Below are positions 45,771 through 55,866 of a DNA stretch of 64,000 nt, piece after piece. The notes beneath the pieces were generated by a model. The model saw nothing but the letters and a program-made list of their open reading frames with translations. It was not told where the DNA came from and did no database searches. How positions within the stretch are numbered: the stretch's first letter is position 1; every line of letters begins with the position of its first letter. Location: IMG/VR virus record IMGVR_UViG_3300032236_001859, positions 1 to 64,000 of that record. One strand, written 5' to 3'. Made by a program: the position numbers and the translations under genes.

Positions 45771-46360
45771 TTGAACACCTCACCTAGCTCTACAAAGAGC
45801 TTCTGAGCGGTGGATGAGGCAAGGAACTCGCGTCGAGCCTCCTCACGGCACGCCTCGGCGATGCCTGGTAGGTGATAATGCGTGGACATGACAAACCTCA
45901 TCAGGGGTGTGAACTCAAACCAAACTGTCCGCAGGATACCCTCGGGGGAGCCAATGCTGACATACCTTTTCCAGCGGTCAAGCTGTAATTGGTAACGATG
46001 TAGGTCAATATCGGCTGTACTAATCAAGACATCCCGTGCCCCTGTGGTCACGGTTTCAGATGCCAAGCCCTGAGGGTATAATTGGGCACCTGTCTTGAGG
46101 AGATACCCGATCTGGGTGTTCACGAAGACCCCAGGGGATTCCCCGAGACGCCTCGCGATCTCCGCTGCCTTGATGAAATACCTGCGTTGCTGCTTCGAGC
46201 ACCCCGTGGATTCGGGGACCACTGCTCTCCTGGCTTCAACGAAGGCGCGCTCGATGGCAGTGGCACCCCGATCGATTTCAGGGCTTACCTGGGGTTCCGA
46301 GGCAGGCTCAAAACCAGTCTCGACGCTGGAGACTTTCTTTCTCTTGTAGCCAGTTTTCAT
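45767..46360 (-). CDS. hypothetical protein between the two helicases (197 aa)
   Basis: ATGA overlaps at both ends. Confidence 0.75.
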   Translation of the reverse strand: MKTGYKRKKVSSVETGFEPASEPQVSPEIDRGATAIERAFVEARRAVVPESTGCSKQQRRYFIKAAEIARRLGESPGVFVNTQIGYLLKTGAQLYPQGLASETVTTGARDVLISTADIDLHRYQLQLDRWKRYVSIGSPEGILRTVWFEFTPLMRFVMSTHYHLPGIAEACREEARREFLASSTAQKLFVELGEVFK

Positions 46361-47811
46361 GAGCCCACCTCGTAGATCCAGCCATTCCGCTTGTAGACCT
46401 TGAAGCGATTCGCTGACCGCGCCTTCATATCCGTGCTGAAGACATCGTTGAAATCGATGAGGAGTCCATACTCCTTTTTGCCATCGTGGCCCTTACGACT
46501 CAGACGCCCGGGGACCTGACCACTCGCGATCTCAGTTGAGGTGCCCTCGGCGCGGACGAGGACATCGAGGCCCAAGAAGTTGACCCCCTTGGACCACTTA
46601 TACGTCGCGATGACTTTGCGGAGGGTTCCCGCTGAGAACTCTTTCTTCATCCGAGCACAGTCGTCTTTGGATGGCGCCGACTGCGTGCTCTGCATGGACC
46701 CCACTCGACGCAGCTGAGCCTCCTTGTCGTCGTCGAGTTCACCGGTGACGACAACAAACTCTGGGAGGACCTGCTGAAGCAGGAAGGCGTGTTCAGTTTT
46801 CTCCACCATGATCAGGATCTGGGGATCCGGGGCTTCAGTGATCTCAGCACGCCTCACCGCATGCGCAATCAAATCATTGCGCGCCTTATTACGCCAGACC
46901 GCGACACGATCCTTGGCGACCTTGTTGGTCATCCCGGTGACATCGGGTCCAATCTTACTCTCGTAGACCCGATACCTGAGTTGGCAGATGTTCCCGGACT
47001 CCACGGCCTCCTGATAGGGGACATGGTGGATCACGGGTCCAAACAAGGCCTCCATGAACCCATCGGCACCATCACTGCGTCCCTTGGGGGTAGCCGTGAA
47101 TGCCTGGAACTTGGCGCGGGGGAACCGGTTGAACATGTCGATGAAGTTCGGGGTAAGCACGGCATGACATTCATCGGTCATCAGCAAGTTGATATTGGGG
47201 TCCAACTTTAACAACGAGTGTGTAACCGCTACGGTTACCCTGCGCTGCTTGTGCTTACCGCCACCCACGATGCCCACTGAATACCCGAGATCGGGTACCA
47301 AGGCCTCATATATTTCTTTGGCGACATCCGTACTCGGAACAGTGATCCCAATCAGGGAATTGGGATATGCCCGCACTATCATGCGCATGATAAAGCTCTT
47401 GCCCCATCCGGTTGGACAACTAATTACGCCACAACGATTTGCGAGGAGCTTGCAGACCACCTCGGCCTGGGATCCCCGCCAAGAGATCCCCTGAAGTCTG
47501 GTGAGTTCTGGATCCGGGAGCCCGCACGGGGTAAAATCCCTGACCTCGACTTCATGGCCCTGCTTGGTGAGTTCAGCATGGATCCGGTACCCGTAACCCG
47601 AGTAGGTCACGAATACCGGGGCTCCATCGGGTTGGGTGTCATACCAGAACAAGGTGTGGTTTTCAGATAGCCTGACTTGCTTCCACCCCGTTTCCGCAGT
47701 GGGCTGTAACTGAATCATTCGGGTGACAACACAAGCCTGCTCGAACTGTTTTCCAAGAGGCGCCGGGCTCAGGGAGACCATGCGCCCCAGATATGTCAGC
47801 ACTGCTTTCAT
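46357..47811 (-). CDS. SF2 DExH helicase (UvsW-like)
   Basis: CPTGWGKS, TDECH, FTATP, QVPGRLSR. Confidence 0.9.
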   Translation of the reverse strand: MKAVLTYLGRMVSLSPAPLGKQFEQACVVTRMIQLQPTAETGWKQVRLSENHTLFWYDTQPDGAPVFVTYSGYGYRIHAELTKQGHEVEVRDFTPCGLPDPELTRLQGISWRGSQAEVVCKLLANRCGVISCPTGWGKSFIMRMIVRAYPNSLIGITVPSTDVAKEIYEALVPDLGYSVGIVGGGKHKQRRVTVAVTHSLLKLDPNINLLMTDECHAVLTPNFIDMFNRFPRAKFQAFTATPKGRSDGADGFMEALFGPVIHHVPYQEAVESGNICQLRYRVYESKIGPDVTGMTNKVAKDRVAVWRNKARNDLIAHAVRRAEITEAPDPQILIMVEKTEHAFLLQQVLPEFVVVTGELDDDKEAQLRRVGSMQSTQSAPSKDDCARMKKEFSAGTLRKVIATYKWSKGVNFLGLDVLVRAEGTSTEIASGQVPGRLSRKGHDGKKEYGLLIDFNDVFSTDMKARSANRFKVYKRNGWIYEVGS

Positions 47812-47835
47812 CGCGACTCCTCGCCGCGATGGACC

Positions 47836-50244
47836 TCAGGAGGCCAACGCGGCATTGTTTCCAATGGTTACGGTTTGATCAAAGAATCCCATGAGAGAGG
47901 CCTCATGGGTGACCACGATGACCTGTCGATGACTCGCCGCTGAAACCTTCTTGAGCTCGAGCAGCACGGTTTGCAGATTGTGGATATTGGTTTTGTCGAG
48001 GTAGCTGCTGGGTTCGTCGAGAACGATGAGCCCCGCATTCCTGGCAAAGGTATCCGACATCGCAACCCGGAAGCTCGAGGATCCCACGATTTGTTCGCCA
48101 CCACTGAGACGGGCGGCGTCCATTTCGGCTTCGGCACCGTTTTCATCTGGCTTCAGAGCACGGAACTCCATGTTCTCATTGATCCAGAGGCGGAATGGGG
48201 CATTCCACTTATCGAGATACCACCCCAACTGGTTATTGATGATCGCGGCATACTCCCGCATGGCCACTGCTGGCAAATTGGTGGGATGCAGGATATCACG
48301 GACCTTGTTGACAGTTTCCACCCAGGCTTGATCCCGGGCTTCACGACGCGCGGTCTCCGCGAGACGGTTGGCCTCGCTTTGACGCATGGTCACCGAGGCA
48401 ACATTGGCGGCATGGGTGGCCTCGATCTGGGCCTGCGACTTCCGGAGCTCGGCGAGTCGTCTGGTATCCGCTACAGCGGCATCGACTTCCTGGGGGCTCG
48501 GGGCATCGAGCTGCCTTCCCAAGGCGATCACCGCGGATTCCGCGGAGGCCACCTCGTTATCAGCTGAAGTCAACTTGACCACGGCGGCATCCCGGGTGCG
48601 CTGGAGTCCCACATGGGCATCCAGGGCAGCCCTGATCTGGGCGAGTTCACGATCAATGGTTTCGATCTCACCTGGAGCCGGTGTGGCCACCCCACCCAGG
48701 GATTCCAGGAGTTGCTTACTGGACTGGAGTCCGGCGAGGGCCTGCTGGCGCTGGTATGCCGCATTCCGCTTCGCCGTGAGATCCGCAGATGCCGCATTTG
48801 CCTTCGCCGTCGCCGCCTTGAGATGGTTACTAAAGAACTCGGCGGCCTGGACTGCGATCGCATGAACTCTCGCAGCGGCGGTCTGCACGTCACCCATGCA
48901 CCGGTTGATCTCTTCTCCCTTGGCGAACTCGAGTTCGGATCGGCGCTTCTCCCGCTGTATGGTGAGTTCAGTGATCGAGGCACGAATCGCGGCGATGTGC
49001 GCGGGGCCCCCTTTGACCTCCTGTTTGCAGGTCGGACAGAACCCGGTCTCGAAACCCTGGATATCACCGGTGCGCCGGTTGATCTCCGCTGACCACGCGA
49101 CGAGATCGGCATCGGTGAGAACATTCCGGGCCTTGGCTTCGTCGAGGGCTCGTGTCGCGGCTTCCTGGGCTGCCTTGGCTTCGATCTCCGCTGGGATCAA
49201 GGCACGGTTGCCCCGTGCCGCGTTCTCCGCAGTGGCGAGTTCAGCGGCCGCCGTGGCCGCAGCGGCCTCCGCGGCCTGGCCTTCCTCTGCGGTGACCTCA
49301 GGGTTCATGAGCAGAGTGGCTTGATAAGACGCCACTGCAGCAGCCGCGTTCTGGCGTTGGTTGACCTGGGAAAGCGCGACTTCGATCTGAGCCCGACGAT
49401 TCCGCATCGAGTCCGCTTTTTCAGTGAGCCCCTGGACAACCCTGGCCTCCAGGGCTGCTGTCGCCGTGGCGAGCTCGGAACGCGCCGTGGCCTGGGCCTG
49501 GAGTGCGGTTTGATGCCGATCCGTGGCCTGCGCCAAAGCGGCGCCATGGCGTTGCGCGGCATCTGCACGTCTCAGGACATCCTCAGCTGGTAACAGGGCC
49601 TCAATGGCTGCCTTGCCGGCTGCACAGGCCTCCTGGGAGACCAAGACCTCCGCTCTTGCCGCGGTGAGCAACTGAGCGGAATCCTTGAGGGCCTGGGAGA
49701 GCCCTGGGGTCAACGTGTACTTCGCGGCTTCCTCGCCGAGATAGCGATGGGCATCGGCGACACCCTGGAGACCGAAGACGCGTTGGAACTCCTTGAGGCG
49801 ATCCCCGGGGCGCTGGAATAGCACGGCGTTGATGGCCCCCTGGGGGACCAAGACTGCATCGAGGAGAACCTTGGCAGTGGATCCCGTGAGTGCGTTGAGC
49901 GTGCTCTGGACCTCAGCAGCCTTGATGATCTTCTGCTCACCCCCCGTGTTGTCCTTCCAGGACATCTCGACCTTCGCCGAGGTAATCCACCGCTTCAGGT
50001 AGTAATCGGTATCCCCGAAACGGATGGTACCCTCAACCCAGCCGGTCTTTGCACCCCAGCGGAGATTGTCTTCCTTCTTGCCGGGGTTGTTGGATTCCCC
50101 GGTGAGCAGGAATCGGATGGCGTCAAGGAAGTTGGACTTCCCGCGACCATTGGATCCAATGATTCCATTGAGGCCGGCGCCGAGTTCAACGGTGACATCC
50201 TCGTGCTGGCAGTAATTTCGCAGTGTTACAGTTTTTATGAACAC
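47836..50244 (-). CDS. sbcC: SbcC/Rad50-like SMC ATPase
   Basis: GTG start with AAAGGAG; GSNGRGKS, Q-loop VPQG, Zn hook CPTCKQ, signature LSGGE, LDEPS, VVTH. Confidence 0.93.
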   Translation of the reverse strand: MFIKTVTLRNYCQHEDVTVELGAGLNGIIGSNGRGKSNFLDAIRFLLTGESNNPGKKEDNLRWGAKTGWVEGTIRFGDTDYYLKRWITSAKVEMSWKDNTGGEQKIIKAAEVQSTLNALTGSTAKVLLDAVLVPQGAINAVLFQRPGDRLKEFQRVFGLQGVADAHRYLGEEAAKYTLTPGLSQALKDSAQLLTAARAEVLVSQEACAAGKAAIEALLPAEDVLRRADAAQRHGAALAQATDRHQTALQAQATARSELATATAALEARVVQGLTEKADSMRNRRAQIEVALSQVNQRQNAAAAVASYQATLLMNPEVTAEEGQAAEAAAATAAAELATAENAARGNRALIPAEIEAKAAQEAATRALDEAKARNVLTDADLVAWSAEINRRTGDIQGFETGFCPTCKQEVKGGPAHIAAIRASITELTIQREKRRSELEFAKGEEINRCMGDVQTAAARVHAIAVQAAEFFSNHLKAATAKANAASADLTAKRNAAYQRQQALAGLQSSKQLLESLGGVATPAPGEIETIDRELAQIRAALDAHVGLQRTRDAAVVKLTSADNEVASAESAVIALGRQLDAPSPQEVDAAVADTRRLAELRKSQAQIEATHAANVASVTMRQSEANRLAETARREARDQAWVETVNKVRDILHPTNLPAVAMREYAAIINNQLGWYLDKWNAPFRLWINENMEFRALKPDENGAEAEMDAARLSGGEQIVGSSSFRVAMSDTFARNAGLIVLDEPSSYLDKTNIHNLQTVLLELKKVSAASHRQVIVVTHEASLMGFFDQTVTIGNNAALAS

Positions 50245-50269
50245 GTGGACTCCTTTGCTGTGATTGTGA

Positions 50270-50524
50270 TTACCATTCAATGGCAGCGCATAATGCGGCG
50301 AAGCCATGCTCGGGACGTACCCCCGAGAGCTCCTCGACATCTGCGAAGATCCGACGGGCGAGGTCTTTGTTGACCTGGCTGCCCTTGTCACCAGAGATCG
50401 CCCAGTGATCGTCGAGGCCGACAATGGCGACCTTCGGGATCGACTTGTCCTCATAGCCATTGATGAAGACGTAGATCTTCTGGGACTTCGGGGATCTCCA
50501 CTTATTCAGGCGTAGGCGTGACAT
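50270..50524 (-). CDS. hypothetical protein (84 aa)
   Basis: GGAGAG RBS; tiling. Confidence 0.7.
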   Translation of the reverse strand: MSRLRLNKWRSPKSQKIYVFINGYEDKSIPKVAIVGLDDHWAISGDKGSQVNKDLARRIFADVEELSGVRPEHGFAALCAAIEW

Positions 50525-51023
50525 CGCTGTCTCTCCGGAACTTTTCCTGGGCGAGGCCTAATCCGATGCGAGTCGTGTAATCCGGGGAATTGATATCCGT
50601 CCATACCAACATGCGGGCCACCCCGTTTTGTTGTTCAATGAATACTGGGGCTCCATTGTCGACTTCACGGGTCCCATACCCCTTGAACCCAACCTCGATG
50701 CCAAGTGGGGTGATTTCCACACGCCCCTGGAGGGTGGCCTGCTCACCCCCAGACGACCGCAGCGAGAATGGTATCGGGCATTGGTCCCCGGCGTGCTCCC
50801 GAAGCCGGTTGAATGCCCGCCGTACTGTCATCGTGACCACCAAGAGTTCCTCGAGCATGGTATCGAAGTGATCCAGGGCTTCCTCTGGGACCGTGCCGTG
50901 GTCGGTCTCCGAGTTCGAGATGTGATCCTCGAGGAGATCACTGACCAAGCGGGCCTCGGTGCCCTCGGGGCGTGCGAACTCCTGCCATAGGGCATCAAAG
51001 ATTTCCAGTGGTGTCTTTCCCAT
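50502..51023 (-). CDS. hypothetical protein
   Basis: AGGAG RBS before ATG 51023. Confidence 0.7.
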   Translation of the reverse strand: MGKTPLEIFDALWQEFARPEGTEARLVSDLLEDHISNSETDHGTVPEEALDHFDTMLEELLVVTMTVRRAFNRLREHAGDQCPIPFSLRSSGGEQATLQGRVEITPLGIEVGFKGYGTREVDNGAPVFIEQQNGVARMLVWTDINSPDYTTRIGLGLAQEKFRRDSDVTPTPE

Positions 51024-51555
51024 CTTCGTTCTCCTTTTTCCTGAGTTGTTTAATGTGCGGTGACCAGATGCCATCCGATGACGACATCGGGGGTGTGCCG
51101 TCGAGGCGGAGTTGCTCGGCGAGGCATGCGGCGTGTTCACGCGAACTCGCATTGACCACGTACGTCTGGGTATCCACCTTGTGGAATACAACCTCGAAAT
51201 CAGCGGTTTCTCCTGGCTTGAGTAGACGAGGTGGCAACATGGCCTCCCAGCCTATCGGCGTCACCTGCGTGGGCCGAGGTTTCGCCTTGGGATCAATGGG
51301 GCCGCCATAGCGCCATTCACCGTGATCAATCTCGATGTCCTGAGCCTTGGTCATCGCGGCGAGCTCTGAATCGGCTTCAACGAGCACGTTGGCGTGGGCT
51401 ACTGATGGCATCGTGAATCTTACACTATAGCCACGCAAAAAGCACGTGCGGATATATTGGGTACAAAGATCCTGCGCTGTCCTAATACTCTCAGGATTAT
51501 TGAGGATGTCGAGAAAGGCCTGGTTGTAGTTCTCTGGTGTCTTACCGTCGGGCAT
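50995..51555 (-). CDS. hypothetical protein with two V-x-A-x-S-x-x-x-A (DpnD/PcfM-like) modules
   Basis: NVLVEADSELAAMTKA and TYVVNASSREHAACLA; GGAGG RBS. Confidence 0.7.
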   Translation of the reverse strand: MPDGKTPENYNQAFLDILNNPESIRTAQDLCTQYIRTCFLRGYSVRFTMPSVAHANVLVEADSELAAMTKAQDIEIDHGEWRYGGPIDPKAKPRPTQVTPIGWEAMLPPRLLKPGETADFEVVFHKVDTQTYVVNASSREHAACLAEQLRLDGTPPMSSSDGIWSPHIKQLRKKENEDGKDTTGNL

Positions 51556-51910
51556 ATGGCCTCCGTACTGGGTTCACAGACCGCTTTCGCCACATGAGTC
51601 GACCCGGGGCCTCGTATTCAAACTTGGACTGGGCTTCGTGGCGTGATCCCGCCCTGGTGAACATCTGGAATGTGTTGTCCCCCTCGAAACCATTGGTGGC
51701 ACACCAGAGATCATTGGGGCCTCCCCAGTAGGCACCCCCGCGATCGTAGCCCTCACGAAGGGGTAACTTGAAGCAATACGCGGGCTCCTTGAAGCACTCG
51801 ACTTGGGTGATGTCGAGGCCCTCGCTGAATATCGATTTGCGTGGCCATGGTGCCCTGCCCATGGGGGCCCCGTTGGAACAATCAACCCTGGGCAATTTAG
51901 GTGCGGGCAT
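51542..51910 (-). CDS. hypothetical phage protein
   Basis: GAPMGR...GYDRGGAYWG; start moved to ATG 51910. Confidence 0.7.
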   Translation of the reverse strand: MPAPKLPRVDCSNGAPMGRAPWPRKSIFSEGLDITQVECFKEPAYCFKLPLREGYDRGGAYWGGPNDLWCATNGFEGDNTFQMFTRAGSRHEAQSKFEYEAPGRLMWRKRSVNPVRRPYARR

Positions 51911-52160
51911 TGATGTCTTCCTCTCTGATGGCACTCCACCACCCCGTGTAAGTACGACCCTGGGGAGACTCGTACACGAGCTCTCCGGCAACATACCCCT
52001 CACGCATGCACTGCTCGCCGCGGTCACGGGCGGCCTCATGCAGCGCGCTGCTGACCGCTGGGCTTTTTGTATTCGTGAACCACTCATATGAGAACCCGTG
52101 GACTCCCTTGCAGGTGCTGGGCTTCACGCGTGGTGGTAGCACTGGTTTCTTAGCTGGCAT
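51897..52160 (-). CDS. hypothetical protein (87 aa)
   Basis: GAGGAGG RBS. Confidence 0.7.
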   Translation of the reverse strand: MPAKKPVLPPRVKPSTCKGVHGFSYEWFTNTKSPAVSSALHEAARDRGEQCMREGYVAGELVYESPQGRTYTGWWSAIREEDINART

Positions 52161-52177
52161 AGCCGGCCTCCTCTTGG

Positions 52178-52387
52178 TTACATGATTTGTTCGGTTTCAG
52201 CGTCGACCCGCTTCATACCCTTGGTGCATGGGAAAGTGATATGAGCACGTTTCTGCCCACGTTTCTTGGGCCAGCGGACCCCGATGCAGCGACCACCGCA
52301 ACCATCGAGGCGGCAGAGGCGAGATGACCCCGTGGTTTCCCCACGTTCGGTGCCATCCCGGTTTAAGACGTATTTTGGGATACTCAT
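52178..52387 (-). CDS. small Cys-containing hypothetical protein
   Basis: CRLDGCGG...FPCTKGM; ATGA overlap. Confidence 0.65.
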   Translation of the reverse strand: MSIPKYVLNRDGTERGETTGSSRLCRLDGCGGRCIGVRWPKKRGQKRAHITFPCTKGMKRVDAETEQIM

Positions 52388-52575
52388 GGGGTTTCCCTTT
52401 GCTTGCATTCTTCGATGCGCGCGGCGTCGAAGCCTCGTGCTATGGCGACGCCCTCGGCGATACCACAGTCGACTTCGTGGTTGTTCTTATGCTCTGAATA
52501 AATGATGTTGGCGAGCTGGCGATCCGTGGCCTGTTCGCAGAACCGGCGGAAATCAGCGTTGTCGTACTGAGTCAT
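52384..52575 (-). CDS. hypothetical protein (63 aa)
   Basis: Tiling, ATGA overlap. Confidence 0.65.
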   Translation of the reverse strand: MTQYDNADFRRFCEQATDRQLANIIYSEHKNNHEVDCGIAEGVAIARGFDAARIEECKQRETP

Positions 52576-52578
52576 GTG

Positions 52579-52887
52579 CTACCCATCCTTGAGTCGACGA
52601 AGCAGGTCTGTCCACTTCTTGGCGGATCTCCGTCTGAGTTTCTTTCCATCCTTGAGACCAAGAAAACTGACGGCATCACAGGTACCGCATGCGGAGCCTC
52701 CCCGTTTAGCAACCCACATCGACACCATGAACCCGAGTTGCGCGGCCTGAGCCTCAGCCCAGTGTTGATTCACTTCATTCTTGGAATCCATGTCGTCGAT
52801 ATACCACCTGACAGCGTCAGAAACGATTACTCCCATGGCTGCTGGTGAGAGCAAGGTGTAGGGCCAATTGCTGTTCACGTTTTTCAT
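52579..52887 (-). CDS. hypothetical protein, paralog of 54053..54394
   Basis: IVSDAVRWY / WVAKR / RS..KW...LR. Confidence 0.75.
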   Translation of the reverse strand: MKNVNSNWPYTLLSPAAMGVIVSDAVRWYIDDMDSKNEVNQHWAEAQAAQLGFMVSMWVAKRGGSACGTCDAVSFLGLKDGKKLRRRSAKKWTDLLRRLKDG

Positions 52888-53303
52888 ACCACCAGCTTCC
52901 CTCCGAGGAACACCCCGGCAACGATGAGTTCGTTACCAGCACAGGCCACCTTGGCTTGCGCGAGTTCCACGGCCTCAGCCAAAGATCTCGCCTTGAAGTC
53001 ATCTGCGTATTGCTGGTTGTTGTCGGCATAGATGCCTACAACGGTGTAGACCTGCTTGGCCTTCTTGGCACGGGTCGACAGGATTTTCTCGAAGTCGACA
53101 AAGGATGACACGGCCTCGCAGACATCGGACCCCGAGGGGAACTCGCCGTCGAGATAGAGGAGATCGGCATCGACGGCATCAGCACCAAAATCGAGGTGGC
53201 CGTCTGAATACATGTAGATCACCAAGAACTCCACGAACTCCCGGAGTTTCTCCGGGGACATCGCGGCGAGGTTCCGGCGAAGATGAGCAACTGTTATAGG
53301 CAT
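52884..53303 (-). CDS. hypothetical protein
   Basis: AAGGGA RBS before ATG 53303. Confidence 0.7.
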   Translation of the reverse strand: MPITVAHLRRNLAAMSPEKLREFVEFLVIYMYSDGHLDFGADAVDADLLYLDGEFPSGSDVCEAVSSFVDFEKILSTRAKKAKQVYTVVGIYADNNQQYADDFKARSLAEAVELAQAKVACAGNELIVAGVFLGGKLVV

Positions 53304-53313
53304 GTTGTCCCTT

Positions 53314-53547
53314 TCAGAGACAGGCTCTCTTGGCGAGAGCGTGTGAGATATTACCATCCTTTTGCATGGCGTCGACGAAGAAGCACCAAGCCGAACGGAT
53401 CGTGGCGTTGTAGGCGTTCTGGCCTTGATTACCCTTGCGCTGGAACTCTGGGTTTGACTGCCAGAAGATACGGCGGAGCTCGGCCTGAGTCGTGATATTG
53501 TACTCGCGCTCAGACTTATGCAGGAACAGGTTCCGGTGCTTGGTCAT
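53314..53547 (-). CDS. hypothetical protein (77 aa)
   Basis: ATGA overlap. Confidence 0.7.
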   Translation of the reverse strand: MTKHRNLFLHKSEREYNITTQAELRRIFWQSNPEFQRKGNQGQNAYNATIRSAWCFFVDAMQKDGNISHALAKRACL

Positions 53548-54056
53548 GACTCCACCTCATCCCAGGCGGCATCCACGGCATCTTCAATACTGGTGTGAAC
53601 ACATTCGATGGTGCGGTCGCCGTCTTCACGATCATCGGGACCCGTGATATACCAGCGTGGGGTCCCCTGGCCGCCCTGCATAGGGCAGGGGTGCACCGAA
53701 TACCCCTGGGGTAAGGCGAGCCCGTGTTCAGGAGCGTTGACATACCATGTCGCCGTACCATCGGCGTGCATGACCGCCCTGGACTCAATCTTTCCGGGAC
53801 TCGAGTTGTCGGCGACGATTCGCCATCCGTTACACTTGTCATAGATCAACTCGATGATGGCACGAAACGAGACGTCATCAGTGCTGCGCTCATACGTGGG
53901 TGTATCGGGGTCCCACCGCGTGGTCAGGAACTTGGCGTGCTTGCGCAAAGGGGTGAACGCCCACATCGCCCCGGTCCTCGGGTTCGCCACGATGATGGAG
54001 GTTCGGTGGGTGTGTGTGGCATCGAGTGCCTTGAACAAATCGGGTTCATTACTCAT
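53544..54056 (-). CDS. hypothetical protein
   Basis: GAGGAG RBS, ATGA overlap. Confidence 0.7.
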   Translation of the reverse strand: MSNEPDLFKALDATHTHRTSIIVANPRTGAMWAFTPLRKHAKFLTTRWDPDTPTYERSTDDVSFRAIIELIYDKCNGWRIVADNSSPGKIESRAVMHADGTATWYVNAPEHGLALPQGYSVHPCPMQGGQGTPRWYITGPDDREDGDRTIECVHTSIEDAVDAAWDEVES

Positions 54057-54394
54057 TTGGGACTCCTCTTGTATTTGCTGATGAGGAAACGGAGATTGGA
54101 CTCCCATTGGGCAAAACTGCGCTGGGGGTATTGCTGATCCAAGACCAATACCTGATTGACATCGTCTGGATTAACCCCGGTGTGGCAGCGCTGGGCTACC
54201 CAGGCTGCGATGAGTTGTGAGGTCAAGCGAACCTGGGCTTGCGCCGCGGCGCGCTGAAAACTATCCCCACACAACTGGTGGGAATACCAGCCCACGCAGT
54301 CAGAGACTATCTTCGCCATCATGGGAACAGAAATCGATTTGTAGTGATGGCAGCCAAGACGCTCAAGCGATTCAGAGTTGGGTTTACGCGCCAT
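54053..54394 (-). CDS. hypothetical protein, paralog of 52579..52887
   Basis: IVSDCVGWY / WVAQR / RS..QW...LR; GAGG RBS. Confidence 0.75.
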   Translation of the reverse strand: MARKPNSESLERLGCHHYKSISVPMMAKIVSDCVGWYSHQLCGDSFQRAAAQAQVRLTSQLIAAWVAQRCHTGVNPDDVNQVLVLDQQYPQRSFAQWESNLRFLISKYKRSPK

Positions 54395-55517
54395 CAGCGC
54401 ACCCCTCAGACTCGTATTGGCTAAAGCGATCACCTTCGGGGAGGTAGAACTGCCCATCGGTGGCACGGACAGCCTTCGTGAGACGCTCGACGTGCTGGGT
54501 TTCGAGGAGAAGACCCAGCAGCTTGATGAGCGCCCTGTACTGGGGCTCCGAGATGCCGTTATCAGTGGTCAACAGAGAATTGGTCAGAGAGGCCGCGGCA
54601 TCCGCGGCACGATTGGCCACAGTGTTGAGATTGACTTCCATACATGACTTCTTTCTGAGGCATGCCTCTCCGGCTTCCTTGAGGGCGGCACGGTACCATG
54701 TCGTCGCGGCTTCCTGGATCTCCCGCATCTTCGTGATGACGTCATCGTCGTGCTGACGACCATGGTGGTCTGACTTCTCATTCATGCAGATGACCACCCG
54801 TATGGTATCATCGGTGTTGATGAAGAGCCCCATGCGGGAGTAACCACCATCGTTGAGGTAGATGAGATCCTGGGATCCCACGATGTCCTCGAATCGAAGC
54901 GGGTACTCTTTCCAACCCTGAACCTGTTTACCCGTAATCGAGATATCGAGCTCGGCGAACTTGGTGGCCAAGAGGACATCTCCGATGAAGTCAGGGGGTT
55001 CAGTGTTGTCGAAATCGGGGTGTTCCCTGATCTCGGCTTGCTGCTTGTAGAACTCATCACTGGCCATGTACCCCCGGTGGGCATTGTCATGTGCCTCCAG
55101 CCGGCGATCGAGTTCAGTACGGAGTTCCCACCACTTCAGGGCTCCTGGGGTCTCCGTCATCGCGATGAATCGCGTGATGACCCCCTTCATCTTCTCCGCA
55201 ATCAATGATTTCCAACAGGGGCCGTAGATTTCTCCGGCGTCCCCCACTGATGCCTGAATGCTCACGCACACCTCCTCGCGCCACATCGACGTGGGGTCGA
55301 CGTAGACGTCATCGACCCCCCTGAGCATGAGGTCCGCGGGGAGAGCCTTGCCGGCGATACCAAGCAACATCTCGGAGAGGAGATCAGAGACGACATCGAA
55401 GTCGATCCGGCGGGGTCGGCAGCCGACATCGTCTTTGTCGTATGACAGCGGTGCTGGGCCAAGCACGAAACTAGCGCTCAGCTTGATGCTAGTTTCTTCG
55501 ATTTTGATGGGTGACAT
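54384..55517 (-). CDS. hypothetical protein (377 aa)
   Basis: Long ORF with AGGA RBS. Confidence 0.8.
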   Translation of the reverse strand: MSPIKIEETSIKLSASFVLGPAPLSYDKDDVGCRPRRIDFDVVSDLLSEMLLGIAGKALPADLMLRGVDDVYVDPTSMWREEVCVSIQASVGDAGEIYGPCWKSLIAEKMKGVITRFIAMTETPGALKWWELRTELDRRLEAHDNAHRGYMASDEFYKQQAEIREHPDFDNTEPPDFIGDVLLATKFAELDISITGKQVQGWKEYPLRFEDIVGSQDLIYLNDGGYSRMGLFINTDDTIRVVICMNEKSDHHGRQHDDDVITKMREIQEAATTWYRAALKEAGEACLRKKSCMEVNLNTVANRAADAAASLTNSLLTTDNGISEPQYRALIKLLGLLLETQHVERLTKAVRATDGQFYLPEGDRFSQYESEGCADGA

Positions 55518-55857
55518 GTTCTTTCCTAACTGTGTTTATAGTTCGGTTTCCATGGTTCCAGTTCAACGTGGCGATGTCGAGGACCGCGGTGCTATTGGAA
55601 TCGCAGCGCTCATAGCACTGGGCCAGGAACCCTCCGAAAGTCCGGGCCAGGCGGCCTCCACGGACGCGCTGCCAGATCCCGGATTCAATGAGAGCTTCTT
55701 CCGTGAACCCTCGATTGAGGAGTTCGGAGACATCGGGACCACTGTGATCAAAGTCGACACCTGCGCGGACGAGACCCCAAATCGTGGGGCGTATGGGGAG
55801 GGGAACCCTATTGGGCTTCCCGGATACAACTGCAACAACAGGAGCTGAGACTTCCAT
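55489..55857 (-). CDS. hypothetical protein (122 aa)
   Basis: GAGGAG RBS. Confidence 0.7.
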   Translation of the reverse strand: MEVSAPVVAVVSGKPNRVPLPIRPTIWGLVRAGVDFDHSGPDVSELLNRGFTEEALIESGIWQRVRGGRLARTFGGFLAQCYERCDSNSTAVLDIATLNWNHGNRTINTVRKEHVTHQNRRN

Positions 55858-55866
55858 GTGATCTCC

